From the IMG/VR virus record IMGVR_UViG_3300042554_002914: a stretch of DNA of 64,000 bases; one strand, 5' to 3'. Source of the DNA: a virus (Duplodnaviria > Heunggongvirae > Uroviricota > Caudoviricetes). The position numbers were made by a program, and so were the translations under genes. The number at the start of each line of letters is the position of its first letter. Position 1 is the first letter of the stretch. The notes under the pieces were generated by a model that did not search any database, was not told the DNA's origin, and saw nothing but the letters and a program-made list of their open reading frames with translations. This document shows, piece by piece, positions 19,701-28,517 of this stretch.

Positions 19701-20595
19701 CTTGGAATGCGCCTGTAAAGATAGGGTTGTTCCTGAATGCCACGTATTTTTGGAACATCTTCGGACCAATAGCCGGGGCATTAATCAATTGTTCGATGAG
19801 CTGGGGGGTTCCCAAAGGTGATTTAGTTGGGTTGCCCATACCAATCAACACGGACTTCTCTGTTAACTTCTGGATTAGAACTCCCAAAGAATCCATCTTA
19901 TCCCCAACTTTAGCCCCAAACTCTTGGCCCAATTTTGTGAACCCCTTTGGGTCATTCCCCATTGCGGTCATTACCGTGTCAGAGAGCAACTTCCCCTGCT
20001 TAACGTAATCTTCAGTGGCCCCTGGTAAAGCAGCAGCAGATTGTGCGAGCTTATAGTTAATTCTCTGCAGTTCTCTCATTGCTGAAGAGAAGTTTGGGAA
20101 CAAGTTCAGCCCCTTACGTTGACTGATGGCAAACAAACCCCCAGCAGCCTGGATGTCTGACATTTCATCTTTAATTCGTTCCCCAAATGCGCTTGCAAAA
20201 TACTGGAAGGGCTTTTCCATAAGATTGACGCCCATTTGGAAGCCGCTCAGTATGGCCCCAGAAATTGTGTTGGCAATCTGATAGCCCATGATCTGTGAGG
20301 CGAACCCATCACCACCATATCCACCGTAGCCACCACGGCCATATCCCCTTCTACCGTAGCCACCACCGCCACCACCTCTTCGTTGGGTTTGATTTAACCT
20401 TTGAGCAGCAGCATTGGCAGCATCGAGAGCCCTGACATAGTTATTCATCTGAGTGTTCAATGGCACCACAGCTTGACCCAGGGTTTGGAAGTTTGTCCGT
20501 AGCTGGTTTAGGGTGCCATTAATCCGGTTTAACTCGGGAGTAATATTATCAGTAAAATTCCCGCTTAAGTTAAATTCTCTTTGCGTATTACTCAT
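16726..20595 (-). CDS. Tail tape measure protein
   Basis: 1289 aa, helical Ala/Gly-rich with hydrophobic segments; N-terminal F.DNITP.L..I; C-terminal ITIHQQPGQDPEELA. Confidence 0.8.
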   Translation of the reverse strand: MSNTQREFNLSGNFTDNITPELNRINGTLNQLRTNFQTLGQAVVPLNTQMNNYVRALDAANAAAQRLNQTQRRGGGGGGYGRRGYGRGGYGGYGGDGFASQIMGYQIANTISGAILSGFQMGVNLMEKPFQYFASAFGERIKDEMSDIQAAGGLFAISQRKGLNLFPNFSSAMRELQRINYKLAQSAAALPGATEDYVKQGKLLSDTVMTAMGNDPKGFTKLGQEFGAKVGDKMDSLGVLIQKLTEKSVLIGMGNPTKSPLGTPQLIEQLINAPAIGPKMFQKYVAFRNNPIFTGAFQDPEMQKKLAATKAGGPDRVRVVMELLDMILPNEVIQAYKNSTSGFLEAFRSSFLDPEVGLFGLGRKFGKIGKSIDEYGRYLNKQGQVVKDAALAAEEDYSLFEIISKIIKGFGLPLSELTAILPQIWDPLRSIADIMMPLADTAQSFYRSFIYFSKGFENLANGMGINSPAGQAIKKSAGARGFTLALANLISLLDGKFGLRGFNEIRNKLMKPSADLASINKDLFTKLFQTDLPHFVGKTIGGAIGSTLKMLGDIMSGATNIVATGPFAEGLAEGWKATKGFEGVKLVFESLFKVIGNTIQTLFQAAPMQMSILAALTVGMPIIQQIITFGLLSLFGRLGTFIERGLGAAPRLMARASGVISGAPRAVGLGLARSVSWLAMGGAANIGGLARGVAATNIARIGETFRGLSGRLLLFGAALQTIISLFQGKNIFDSLASGAGPAIGAAIGSVLLGWIPIVGPLLGAVLGAKFGQLLEKPLSEIFKNIWGSFQGFIKTTEILFKIMGDLSRSLGIVKDGFNLIAFLMLPLTGAFQLLEMGIRGLATLLAWIRMVTHQEGAWKDFDEAKREEMKARARQNAYNQSIMGPGNLKAGIASAQAEINTKKNLDIYRIVELKAYIEEAKAILGGKPSGSTTSATGGPSPAQITAAATSNVRTATNIAKINPNTARTATETARTAKNTQTSATTLGNLKSALFVISNKMGILNSMLFALEQISLTTKSYTSELNQIKLSLGDDSLKNQGATTPSGLPLLVETSGEPIDLSAMGSVGFSPTLLKLGSTKKLAYRLGSLCVTAVLETMAMNRIPNPVATGKDVGNNPRGLASQLINSFGWKSLPGLGGSQQIRSPYGNFNANVIKNSDYLSAVKAGKIPSGALVFTTSNPGGWNSGAPGSSGFDAAIARNGGKNLFRGAMTGGPNVYGGADKFRMVLIPNDTVPKDVKPYSETASQRYGDLTLSAPITIHQQPGQDPEELATIVVTRLSMAVEQMRNHYA

Positions 20596-22025
20596 CGTTT
20601 TGGTACATTTGTAGGATATTCATATCTATTTAAACCACCCTCGACATTTGGATTAGATGCCGGTGTTTGTACGCCTGCAACCTGTCGGGCAGTTTCACTA
20701 TTACTGGAAAGTAATTTAGAGACAGCATCAGACACAGAGGGCAAAATCGACGTTCGCCCAATTAACGCAATATTGGCAAGATCCCTGCCACTAGTAACCT
20801 GATAAGGTGGCACCTGAACAAATGAAACGTCAACCGTAGCCCTCGTTGCATTGCCCGACAGATCCCTCATCAATTCCTTTACATTAACGCTCTTAATCAC
20901 AAAGTACCCGCCATCAGCACCGTTCAACCCATTTCCATACAGTTTATTATTTGCCTGGACGTAATAGACCGGAACTTTAATGTATTTGTTTTTGGTATCC
21001 AGGGTGAAATTCATTAAATTTTCTAATCTAGCAATTTTATCCTCAACTGACCTACCCCTTGAAAAACCCTCCACAAGGGCATCCGATAATGTAAGGTCTC
21101 TCATGCTCTTTGACCCCGAGATAACGGGCGGCTGATTAGTACCAAACATAGGGACACGCTCGACTTGGGCTTCGCTGTTCCATGAAATGCTTTCAGGGGC
21201 ACAAATAAAATTCCAACTACCAGAGAGTGACTCCGCGAGAGACACACTAAGGTCAGAATTTGCAAAAAGATCCCCTAAAGGTAACCCCCCAGATCCCGAC
21301 AAGTAATTAAAAAATTCCTGGCCACCCAATGAGGAGCCCCCACCTTTAAGGTCAGGCAGAGACAAGGCAAGATCCATCTCCTTAGAGAAAGCGGCAGTTA
21401 TGTCGGATTGCGGGATCGATGAAAAAACTCCTGAGGTATCACCAAAGGCCTCCCTAGCATTTAAACTTGCTTTTGATTTTGGATTAACTAACCAAGATGC
21501 AGATTCCCTGGCAGCTCCCGAAAGAGCTGGTATAATAGAAAAAGTTACATCAGGTCCATTTAACCCCTTTGTGAAAATTGTAGACCCATAATTAGCTACG
21601 GGTTCATTGGATGCACCTGGAAACCACCTGCTGGATTTCCCGCTACCTACTGCTGCCCCACTTATGTTCCCTAACAGATTCTGAAATACATTACTAGCTG
21701 CAGTCTGAGCCAAATTTATTCCAATATTCCCTAAAACTCCCCCTGCCCCTGATGGTGATAAAGTATCAGTCAAAAATTGATTGAAAAGTTGCCCCCCAGC
21801 AGAAAGAGCGCTCCTCTCGATTGATGGCAGAATATTATCGAATGCTGTAGGCTCCACCCCGAGAACCTGTCTCCATTCCTCCGGAGTTACTTGATTCAAT
21901 GCGACGTTAATAACAGACCCGCCTAAAGTTTGAACTATGCTATTCCCTAAGCTATTAATGGCCCCATTAGCCGTAATGGGGAATGTAGGGATCACCCCAC
22001 CAGAAAAATTAGCCATCAGGACCAC
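20592..22025 (-). CDS. Putative tail tube-initiator / baseplate protein
   Basis: C-terminal half F..APESISW...FVIKSVNVKE..RD..GNATRA.VDVSF resembles contractile-tail tube-like proteins. Confidence 0.55.
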   Translation of the reverse strand: MVLMANFSGGVIPTFPITANGAINSLGNSIVQTLGGSVINVALNQVTPEEWRQVLGVEPTAFDNILPSIERSALSAGGQLFNQFLTDTLSPSGAGGVLGNIGINLAQTAASNVFQNLLGNISGAAVGSGKSSRWFPGASNEPVANYGSTIFTKGLNGPDVTFSIIPALSGAARESASWLVNPKSKASLNAREAFGDTSGVFSSIPQSDITAAFSKEMDLALSLPDLKGGGSSLGGQEFFNYLSGSGGLPLGDLFANSDLSVSLAESLSGSWNFICAPESISWNSEAQVERVPMFGTNQPPVISGSKSMRDLTLSDALVEGFSRGRSVEDKIARLENLMNFTLDTKNKYIKVPVYYVQANNKLYGNGLNGADGGYFVIKSVNVKELMRDLSGNATRATVDVSFVQVPPYQVTSGRDLANIALIGRTSILPSVSDAVSKLLSSNSETARQVAGVQTPASNPNVEGGLNRYEYPTNVPKR

Positions 22026-22672
22026 CCCCTATTACGTACTTTTCGGTGTTGGGGCGCCTTCTTCTTATTTTTTATGTCGGTGTTCTTTTCTAAGGAATCC
22101 AACGACTTCTCGTCCATCCTGTAGGTACACACCCAGCCCTGCTCAGTAGGTAAGATCTCAAATAGAAACTTGTATTTATCAAATTTAAATGAACCAGAGA
22201 AGGTTCCGTCCTCGTCCTGCAAGAAATTGTTCTTTGGGGAGGGGTAGCCCCCAGATTTATCTCTTATGGCATCCACCTTCTCACCAAACACACTATAAAT
22301 AACTGCTGACAGAACCTTCTGGGCTCTTTCAGACGAACTCAAATTATCTTCAACAAAGTCTAATGATTCCTCTTGCCCATTAGAAAAAATACCGCCCAAG
22401 TCAAGGTGCTCTATGGATTCAGGATCAGGCCAAAAATCAGGCTCTACCTTACTTAGCAATTCGATGGCTTCGTCTAGCTCCCAATTTTCTAACTCACCAT
22501 CTATAGAAAACTTAGAAAAAGCCGACAGCAACGATACATCCCCATCCTGAAAGCAATGGCTAAAATGCTCAGAGTAAGTCTCAGGAACGCATTCAAAATC
22601 CCCACGACTAGCTTCGTAAAGAAGACGAGCCATAGGGAGAGCTTTTGCGAGGTATGCTGAATCGGGATTCAT
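22016..22672 (-). CDS. Hypothetical protein
   Basis: 218-aa ORF preceded by the GGGTAAA motif. Confidence 0.65.
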   Translation of the reverse strand: MNPDSAYLAKALPMARLLYEASRGDFECVPETYSEHFSHCFQDGDVSLLSAFSKFSIDGELENWELDEAIELLSKVEPDFWPDPESIEHLDLGGIFSNGQEESLDFVEDNLSSSERAQKVLSAVIYSVFGEKVDAIRDKSGGYPSPKNNFLQDEDGTFSGSFKFDKYKFLFEILPTEQGWVCTYRMDEKSLDSLEKNTDIKNKKKAPQHRKVRNRGWS

Positions 22673-22759
22673 TCATTGATGTTTATCTAAAAGAGTTTTA
22701 CCCCCTTTGCCCCACCCTTGACTACCCAGGCATAGTACCAGGGGTTAGATACCAAGGGA

Positions 22760-22796
22760 CAAATACCGAATGTCAAATACCGAATGTCAAATACCG
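22760..22796. repeat. 14-bp tandem repeat (CAAATACCGAATGT x about 2.6)
   Basis: Directly visible in intergenic DNA; each full unit contains TTGACA on the minus strand. Confidence 0.85.
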
Positions 22797-22802
22797 GGCC
22801 CA

Positions 22803-23771
22803 TCAGGTAGAAACCGGAATTTCCAAACAAATCTTAGCAAAGGCCTTTACTGCCTGGTCGTAATGGTCGTTTCTAGTATTATGCTCAGGGTTGTTGATTT
22901 CGTAATAAAAAGTTTCGTCCCATAACACCGTATCAATGTTCCATTTAGGGTTTGGTTCGCACAAGTCAAACAACTCGATAGGGCTACCTTTTACGGCATT
23001 GTCACACATATCCCCGGCAGCAGCTTTGTGCTTTGCCAGCTCACTAGGGTGCCCAATGTCAACTTTCATCCTATGTTTAGCCCACTCAGCAACGCCAATT
23101 TCCCCGTTTAGTTGCTCTTGGATTTTTTCATTGGGGCGACATGCCCGTGTGTTTGAGAAGTAAATTTGGTTTTTATCATCGCACAACTGAGTCCAGTCCC
23201 TATCTACAGTGTGAAGCAAGATTTGGCGTTTGTGAATAACGTCGTTGGGTTCCCCCTTGTGGGATGCTCTACAGATACTACCTGCTATGTCATCGGCTTC
23301 ATAACCAAGACGCCAAAACCACGGAAAATACATCTGGCAGTAATTCCTACCTTCATTATAAACAAACCAGAAAGCATCTGATTTTTCACTCCGTGTCCCC
23401 TTATAGTGAGTGGCAAGTTCTTTGACATCGACTCCTCCAGCTGCCGCATAATCGACCCATGCTTGTTGAACTACTTCGGATTCTTTCATGAAATCATCCC
23501 TCCAGTAGTTATTTGTTTCTGGATTGCGATAATCCGCAGCAAATACAATACGGTAAGGGTGTCTCTTCATGAACTGTGGACCGCGATTTACGAAAAGTGC
23601 CCAAGCTCCACGAACCAGCTTCTTTTCGACTTCTTTGCTGAAGGATCCTTCAATTTTTGATTCATACCAACCCAAAACAGCAAAGCACATGACGTTGAAG
23701 TCAATGACTAAAAGGGGGCTAGGGGAAGTCTTTAAGACGATAGTTTTTTCGAGTTTAGGCCTGTCCGTCAT
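22803..23771 (-). CDS. 5'-3' exonuclease / flap endonuclease (T4 RNase H-like)
   Basis: LLVIDFN, YWR...YKGTR, YEADDIAG, TVDRDWTQL, GDMCDN. Confidence 0.88.
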   Translation of the reverse strand: MTDRPKLEKTIVLKTSPSPLLVIDFNVMCFAVLGWYESKIEGSFSKEVEKKLVRGAWALFVNRGPQFMKRHPYRIVFAADYRNPETNNYWRDDFMKESEVVQQAWVDYAAAGGVDVKELATHYKGTRSEKSDAFWFVYNEGRNYCQMYFPWFWRLGYEADDIAGSICRASHKGEPNDVIHKRQILLHTVDRDWTQLCDDKNQIYFSNTRACRPNEKIQEQLNGEIGVAEWAKHRMKVDIGHPSELAKHKAAAGDMCDNAVKGSPIELFDLCEPNPKWNIDTVLWDETFYYEINNPEHNTRNDHYDQAVKAFAKICLEIPVST

Positions 23772-23995
23772 CTTGGCATGGGGAGATCAATGTAGTATGT
23801 TGGAAGTCCGACTTCCTGCTCTTGGAATCTAGAGTCTGGGAGGCTTAGCCATTCCCCGGACTTGAATTCCCACACATCACAATCTACCATTAAGAAAGTT
23901 CCGTCATTGGCAGGGAATGCTACAAGGTAATCTTTATCTGTTGTGGGATAATCTTCGGCGATTTTCCAAAACCCTTTTACGATCTGATTGTTCAT
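23768..23995 (-). CDS. Hypothetical protein
   Basis: 75 aa, W...P...YLV...W...P pattern. Confidence 0.6.
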   Translation of the reverse strand: MNNQIVKGFWKIAEDYPTTDKDYLVAFPANDGTFLMVDCDVWEFKSGEWLSLPDSRFQEQEVGLPTYYIDLPMPR

Positions 23996-24027
23996 TTTTG
24001 ATTAGTGGTATTTAACTCCATGGAAAA

Positions 24028-25764
24028 TTAAGGGCTAAGTCTCGCTTTGTGGAGGCGCTTCTCCTTGTAGTAATTCCAGACATTTGGGGCCCATAGCGCT
24101 AATTCCGGAATAAAAGCATCACAAAGAGATTGGACCTCTAGTTGAGCATCTAGTTTTGCTCTGAGATCAATGAAGTGGAGGATTGAACGTAGGTTAAAAG
24201 AAACCACAAAGTTTTGACGAATGGCCTGTGCAAGGTAGTCGCGGATGTGTTCTTCGCACATTCCTTTAGCGTACCTATTGGCATACTTCTTACAGCCTGC
24301 TATAATCCAAGCGAATTCATCTTGTCTATCCTCTTCAGTCCAATCGTATTTTTTGCCTTGGCGGTTAGTATAGAAACCTGCCGGCCGTACATAAAATACA
24401 TCTTCAACATCAAGCTCACCTTCTGCAACTTTAATAACCCTCTTTCCCGTATATCTTTGAGATTGAACATCCCAAGAAGTTCCGATACGATGAGTCCTAC
24501 CTTGTGCCACAACACTGTGAACAAAACCGGCGCAGGAAAAAGTAATTTGAGGGTGCTCAAGACAATTTCCACAAATTGCAACCTTATTATTGCGTCTGAC
24601 AATAAGAGCGCCAGTGCTCACTGTTGCACAATGAATTTCACCCCTATAGTCTACCCATTCTTCAGTATAAGTTCTAGACCTGGATGTTTGAGTAATTTCA
24701 ACTCTAGGATAAATTCTATCTGTAACTCTCAAACAATAGAGGTCACTATGATTTTCATTACCCCTAGTTTCCGTGCTACAAGTAAATTTGAAATCGTTTA
24801 CTGCGGCAAGAGCCTGAAGTTGTGAAGCAAGATGATAAGAAGTCGTAGCATAAGCCCAGGTATTTCTACGAGTTGTCCCGTCAGAATTTCGTAAACCATC
24901 TAAAAGATTAGCAACGCAATCTTTTTCCATCTTTAAGTATTCATGCGGAAGAACTTTTGCCCCTGTTAGAGAAAGGCAATTAGACTTCATCCACTTTCCA
25001 ATATCTGGATGAGAAACAACAAACCTATCGTTTTCCGTTGGATAAAAATCTAGGTCTAATTCTAAACATAGATTCTGAAGATACTCAATCTTTCTTTCTC
25101 TTTTTAAATGAAACCGTAGTGTATTTGTACTAGTGTGAGCTTCTCCATCACCAATCCAAAACCCAACTAAGCTCCAGAAAACAGGATCATCAATTGGAGT
25201 GTCAATAGAACTTCTATGACTTTCAGAAAGGTTTCCACAAGTTGAATACCTGACAGGTTTATTGTAAACCTCTTCGGCTGCTATTGCATAACGTTGAGAC
25301 CAGCTTCCATCCTTTTTTCTAGTTTGAATAACCATTCGGTGATCAGGACTAACTAAAAAATCTAATGCCTGACCATTTAAATGATACATTTTTCCTTCGT
25401 AATCCCATCGTTGAACTGCAGAAGGTTTTTCAAAATTAATGACACCAGTATTGGTATTATAGGCAGCCAATACCGTCCCCTTGGTCACACTTGGCCAAAA
25501 TACCCATCCTTGTTCAGTCAGTACTTGGGTATCGGAGGAGTAGCAACCATAATGACCTCGTTCATTGGCTAAAAGTTCTCTTACAATCCACTCACCACAC
25601 TCTTGGGGGGATGGGGGTTTAATGTGATGTATGGGAACTTCTGAATAATCCCCTTTGCCTGCTTGCCAAATAACAGTTTCAGTTAGCTGATAGCCATCCA
25701 ACTTAACTACTTCTAATCGGGGGTCTAGCGACAACAAGTCACTTGATTTTACTGGTTTACTCAT
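24028..25764 (-). CDS. thyX: Flavin-dependent thymidylate synthase, intein-containing
   Basis: RGHYG-[intein]-CLEHP, QGRTHRIGTSWDVQSQRY, NLRSILHFIDLRAKLDAQLE. Confidence 0.95.
   Translation of the reverse strand: MSKPVKSSDLLSLDPRLEVVKLDGYQLTETVIWQAGKGDYSEVPIHHIKPPSPQECGEWIVRELLANERGHYGCYSSDTQVLTEQGWVFWPSVTKGTVLAAYNTNTGVINFEKPSAVQRWDYEGKMYHLNGQALDFLVSPDHRMVIQTRKKDGSWSQRYAIAAEEVYNKPVRYSTCGNLSESHRSSIDTPIDDPVFWSLVGFWIGDGEAHTSTNTLRFHLKRERKIEYLQNLCLELDLDFYPTENDRFVVSHPDIGKWMKSNCLSLTGAKVLPHEYLKMEKDCVANLLDGLRNSDGTTRRNTWAYATTSYHLASQLQALAAVNDFKFTCSTETRGNENHSDLYCLRVTDRIYPRVEITQTSRSRTYTEEWVDYRGEIHCATVSTGALIVRRNNKVAICGNCLEHPQITFSCAGFVHSVVAQGRTHRIGTSWDVQSQRYTGKRVIKVAEGELDVEDVFYVRPAGFYTNRQGKKYDWTEEDRQDEFAWIIAGCKKYANRYAKGMCEEHIRDYLAQAIRQNFVVSFNLRSILHFIDLRAKLDAQLEVQSLCDAFIPELALWAPNVWNYYKEKRLHKARLSP
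24565..25545 (-). mobile_element. Intein (327 aa) with LAGLIDADG endonuclease in ThyX
   Basis: Begins CYSSDTQVLT; block B VSPDH; endonuclease motifs LVGFWIGDG and LLDGLRNSDG; ends AICGN before extein Cys. Confidence 0.92.
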
Positions 25765-25767
25765 TTA

Positions 25768-26388
25768 CTAAAAATTCAAATCAATTTCGTCTGCGCTGGC
25801 TTTAGCCGGATTGTACAAACCAGACATTAATTCCAGTACTTTCAAAGTAGAAAGGCAATCAGACATGGCATCGTGCGCCGGAAGTGCCGAAAGGTTTGGC
25901 AACCTTTGCCACTTAAATCCATCTTTCTTATCGCTCCACTCACCACTCCACTCCGAGTATCTATCCATAGCGCATGACACTCCCGAAGTCTTAGGGGGTT
26001 CGAGATTGAACTTCTTGTACAGGTGCCACAAAAGCTTCAAGTCAAAATCCGCATTGTAAGCAATAAGGTGCTTGCCATCAAGGATAAACGACAGCATTTT
26101 GGCGATTTGCGGAAAAATCGGAGCATCCATAACCATTTCATTGGTGATTCCGTGGATGTCGATTAGTTCTTGTGTTAATGGCTTACTAGGCTTTACAAGC
26201 ATAGAAAAGGTCGGGCGACCCTGCATGTTGATGACAGAGATTTGCACGACTTCCGTATCAGGGTCCTTGCTGAGGATGCCAGTGGTCTCAACGTCCAGGA
26301 TTAGGGATTTTCTGTCCCCTAGGCGCTCGTTAGCCCAATTTTCTGAGTTTTTCTTAAACTCTGCTAGTTTTTCTTCTGATGGTTTCAT
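25768..26388 (-). CDS. DEDDh 3'-5' exonuclease (DNA polymerase III epsilon-like)
   Basis: ILDVETTG, IHGIT, AYNADFD, AHDAMSDC. Confidence 0.92.
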   Translation of the reverse strand: MKPSEEKLAEFKKNSENWANERLGDRKSLILDVETTGILSKDPDTEVVQISVINMQGRPTFSMLVKPSKPLTQELIDIHGITNEMVMDAPIFPQIAKMLSFILDGKHLIAYNADFDLKLLWHLYKKFNLEPPKTSGVSCAMDRYSEWSGEWSDKKDGFKWQRLPNLSALPAHDAMSDCLSTLKVLELMSGLYNPAKASADEIDLNF

Positions 26389-26409
26389 TTTTGAGGTTTA
26401 CTCATTGCT

Positions 26410-26437
26410 ATTGTAGCAAGTTGCCACGAAAAGTCAA
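26410..26437 (-). promoter_or_regulatory. Sigma70-type promoter
   Basis: TTGACT-N16-TACAAT with extended TGn. Confidence 0.7.
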
Positions 26438-26613
26438 TGCCTTTCCTCATACTCCCTAGAAATTCGCTCCCTCCACTCTAAAACCTTAGTGAAAACATTG
26501 ATTAGATCCGTAGAGAAACCTCTTACGTGCTCTATTTCCTCAGGACCATCCCATAAGTCAAACTCATAGTATTCTTTGCCGTTGGAGAAGCCGTTTTTAA
26601 TTTCGATTTTCAT
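26434..26613 (-). CDS. Small hypothetical protein (59 aa)
   Basis: Manual translation MKIEIKNGFSNGKEYYEFDLWDGP...; overlaps the upstream stop codon. Confidence 0.55.
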   Translation of the reverse strand: MKIEIKNGFSNGKEYYEFDLWDGPEEIEHVRGFSTDLINVFTKVLEWRERISREYEERH

Positions 26614-26975
26614 AATGCAATCTTTGGTAGAATTCCGTAATCAGTTGACCCAAATAACCCCCTATCAATTGATTTACCCCCCATCCTTTTGTAAGGGTAA
26701 ACCAATCCGGTGAATCTTATTCGTTCGTTTTGGCTGGGTAACTTACCTATTTGCTGTAATTGCTTTTTAAGTATCCACATGTGGTCAATAGCTATAGATT
26801 CCCCAAATGGCACCGGGGTGACAATGAGGTTTACAAGTAAGACGGAATCAAGATCTTTCCTCTTCTCATGACATTTGAATTCTTTCACCCTGCCGGAGCA
26901 TTCCACGGTGGTCCCATTTAAGAACTCAAGATCGGTCCTTTGCCGGATTACGGAGTTTGACATAGTACCACTCAC
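26610..26975 (-). CDS. Hypothetical protein (start possibly 26963)
   Basis: ORF of about 120 aa with TGCTATAAT at 26983-26991. Confidence 0.6.
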   Translation of the reverse strand: MSGTMSNSVIRQRTDLEFLNGTTVECSGRVKEFKCHEKRKDLDSVLLVNLIVTPVPFGESIAIDHMWILKKQLQQIGKLPSQNERIRFTGLVYPYKRMGGKSIDRGLFGSTDYGILPKIAL

Positions 26976-27043
26976 TACAGTAATTATAGCACATATGACT
27001 AAGGGGTAAAAGTATTGTTAGCAAACCAAGAAACCAAGAAACC

Positions 27044-27796
27044 ATGACGATAGGTAAAACCACTTTTGGCCTCAATAAAGGTGAGTACTCCGATAAAATA
27101 ACTAGGATCATTGATAACCATAGGACCAATAGCCGCTTGATTGGGGTTCCGAAAGATTTTGTTCTCCGTTCATGCCGACTGACGGAACAGTGGATGAAGC
27201 TATCGAATGAGAACGATGTAGAAGTTTACATCCGTAGCATCGACATTGCTGGCGGAAGAAAAATCAAAATGATTTCCCTAGAAAGAGGGACAACCAAACA
27301 GCCGGTTGGCAAACTAAAGCTGATTGACATGTTGTACCCACCTAAAAAAATCGGAACCGCCCCATCTCCGGAAGAGAAACATTATAATGCCGTTCGAGCA
27401 TCAATGAGGCTAGCGGTCAATGATCAGCTAAAGGCGTATAGATCATCCGTCTCGCTTCCAATTACTTGCATGATAACGGGAATTACCATTAGGAATGGGG
27501 TCAAGACGGACGTTGATCATGTCCTACTGAGCTTCTCTGAAATTGCAGACTCTTTCATGGCTTCTAGGGGTTTGGTTTATGCTGATATCCCCCTGGTGGG
27601 CCCCCCTACGGCTAAAAAGTTTAAAGACCAGCAACTATGGAAAGATTGGCAAGAGTTTCACAGGGGGGCTGCCAGGTACGCCTTAGTGCTAGCTAGTGCC
27701 AACCGAAGTAAAGGATGCGGGAATTACACGACCCCTGGACACTTATATGGTTCCTTCTCAAAGCAGGGTCCAGAAGATCTAGCTCTAGATTTTTGA
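27044..27796 (+). CDS. DCL/DUF3223-like protein with HNH-like C-terminus (track strand label is wrong)
   Basis: The + strand reads ATG ACG ATA GGT AAA (MTIGK) at 27044 and ends GAT TTT TGA at 27796; C..TG...DVDH...W.EFH...ANRSKG. Confidence 0.75.
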   Translation: MTIGKTTFGLNKGEYSDKITRIIDNHRTNSRLIGVPKDFVLRSCRLTEQWMKLSNENDVEVYIRSIDIAGGRKIKMISLERGTTKQPVGKLKLIDMLYPPKKIGTAPSPEEKHYNAVRASMRLAVNDQLKAYRSSVSLPITCMITGITIRNGVKTDVDHVLLSFSEIADSFMASRGLVYADIPLVGPPTAKKFKDQQLWKDWQEFHRGAARYALVLASANRSKGCGNYTTPGHLYGSFSKQGPEDLALDF

Positions 27797-27885
27797 TTTC
27801 GATCACCCAATCCCGGGGTTGGGAAGGGTCACACCCACGGAGGGGTCGCGTGACAGTCTAACCCAATCTCGCGGAATTAAAGCGA

Positions 27886-28479
27886 TTAATCAGCGGGAAT
27901 CAAGCTAAGAAGCATATTAACAAATTCCTCTGGAAGATGCATTGCACTGGCTTCAGCAGCGAAACTGCGAAGGATAGCCGGGTCGGGCTCTACTGAGTTA
28001 AACACTGAGGATAAAGCAGCGTAGAAGGGGCGAGAATCCTCACCGCGAATAACCTCGTTCAATTCAATTTGAAGTCCCAAGGCATTTACTGGGTCAGAAA
28101 CAAGGGCTTGTGTGATGATACCCTTAAACTCGGGGGAACTTTGTGACAGCAACTTAAACGCTACCCAGTCAGGTTGAGGGATCGGGTTGTTAATAAGGTC
28201 CCACTCGGCAATTTCCTGTTCGGTTGCATCACGGATGGTCCAAGTCTGCTCCCATTTGCCGTCCGAATTTTGCGCAGGTTCAGATTCACTGATTCGCTGG
28301 GTGCGAGAATCGGTTAGGAGCGGGGGTTCGGTTAAGGCCACGGAGAAACAGTGGAAAGGCTCCAAGTCCCCCTCTGAAGGGGAGTCCGGGAAGGATATAT
28401 TAGGGTTTTCTGCTCTCAACCGCGAAAGACTATAGGGGTAAATAGGGTTGAAGTCCAGTTTTGTTAGAATGTAATCCAT
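27886..28479 (-). CDS. Putative tail-fibre-associated/assembly protein (start MDYIL at 28479)
   Basis: YPYS...LR.ENPNISFP...W.QTW motif seen in genes next to phage fibre genes. Confidence 0.6.
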   Translation of the reverse strand: MDYILTKLDFNPIYPYSLSRLRAENPNISFPDSPSEGDLEPFHCFSVALTEPPLLTDSRTQRISESEPAQNSDGKWEQTWTIRDATEQEIAEWDLINNPIPQPDWVAFKLLSQSSPEFKGIITQALVSDPVNALGLQIELNEVIRGEDSRPFYAALSSVFNSVEPDPAILRSFAAEASAMHLPEEFVNMLLSLIPAD

Positions 28480-28517
28480 TGAGTTGAAGTCAGTTGTTGT
28501 AGAGGTTGATTCGATAG

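Noticed and set aside
24214-24825. Long plus-strand ORFs such as 24214..24825, 28595..29053, 46453..46941 and 15291..15692
   Set aside because: They are antisense to well-supported minus-strand genes and have no recognisable motifs.
27044-27796. ORF track label of minus strand
   Set aside because: The listed protein is encoded on the + strand (ATG at 27044, TGA at 27794-27796). The 26926..27129 minus ORF is largely its antisense shadow.
27797-27885. tRNA or known ncRNA in this GC-rich intergenic region
   Set aside because: No cloverleaf, T-loop or CCA; only two hairpins. No tRNA or rRNA was recognised anywhere in the window.
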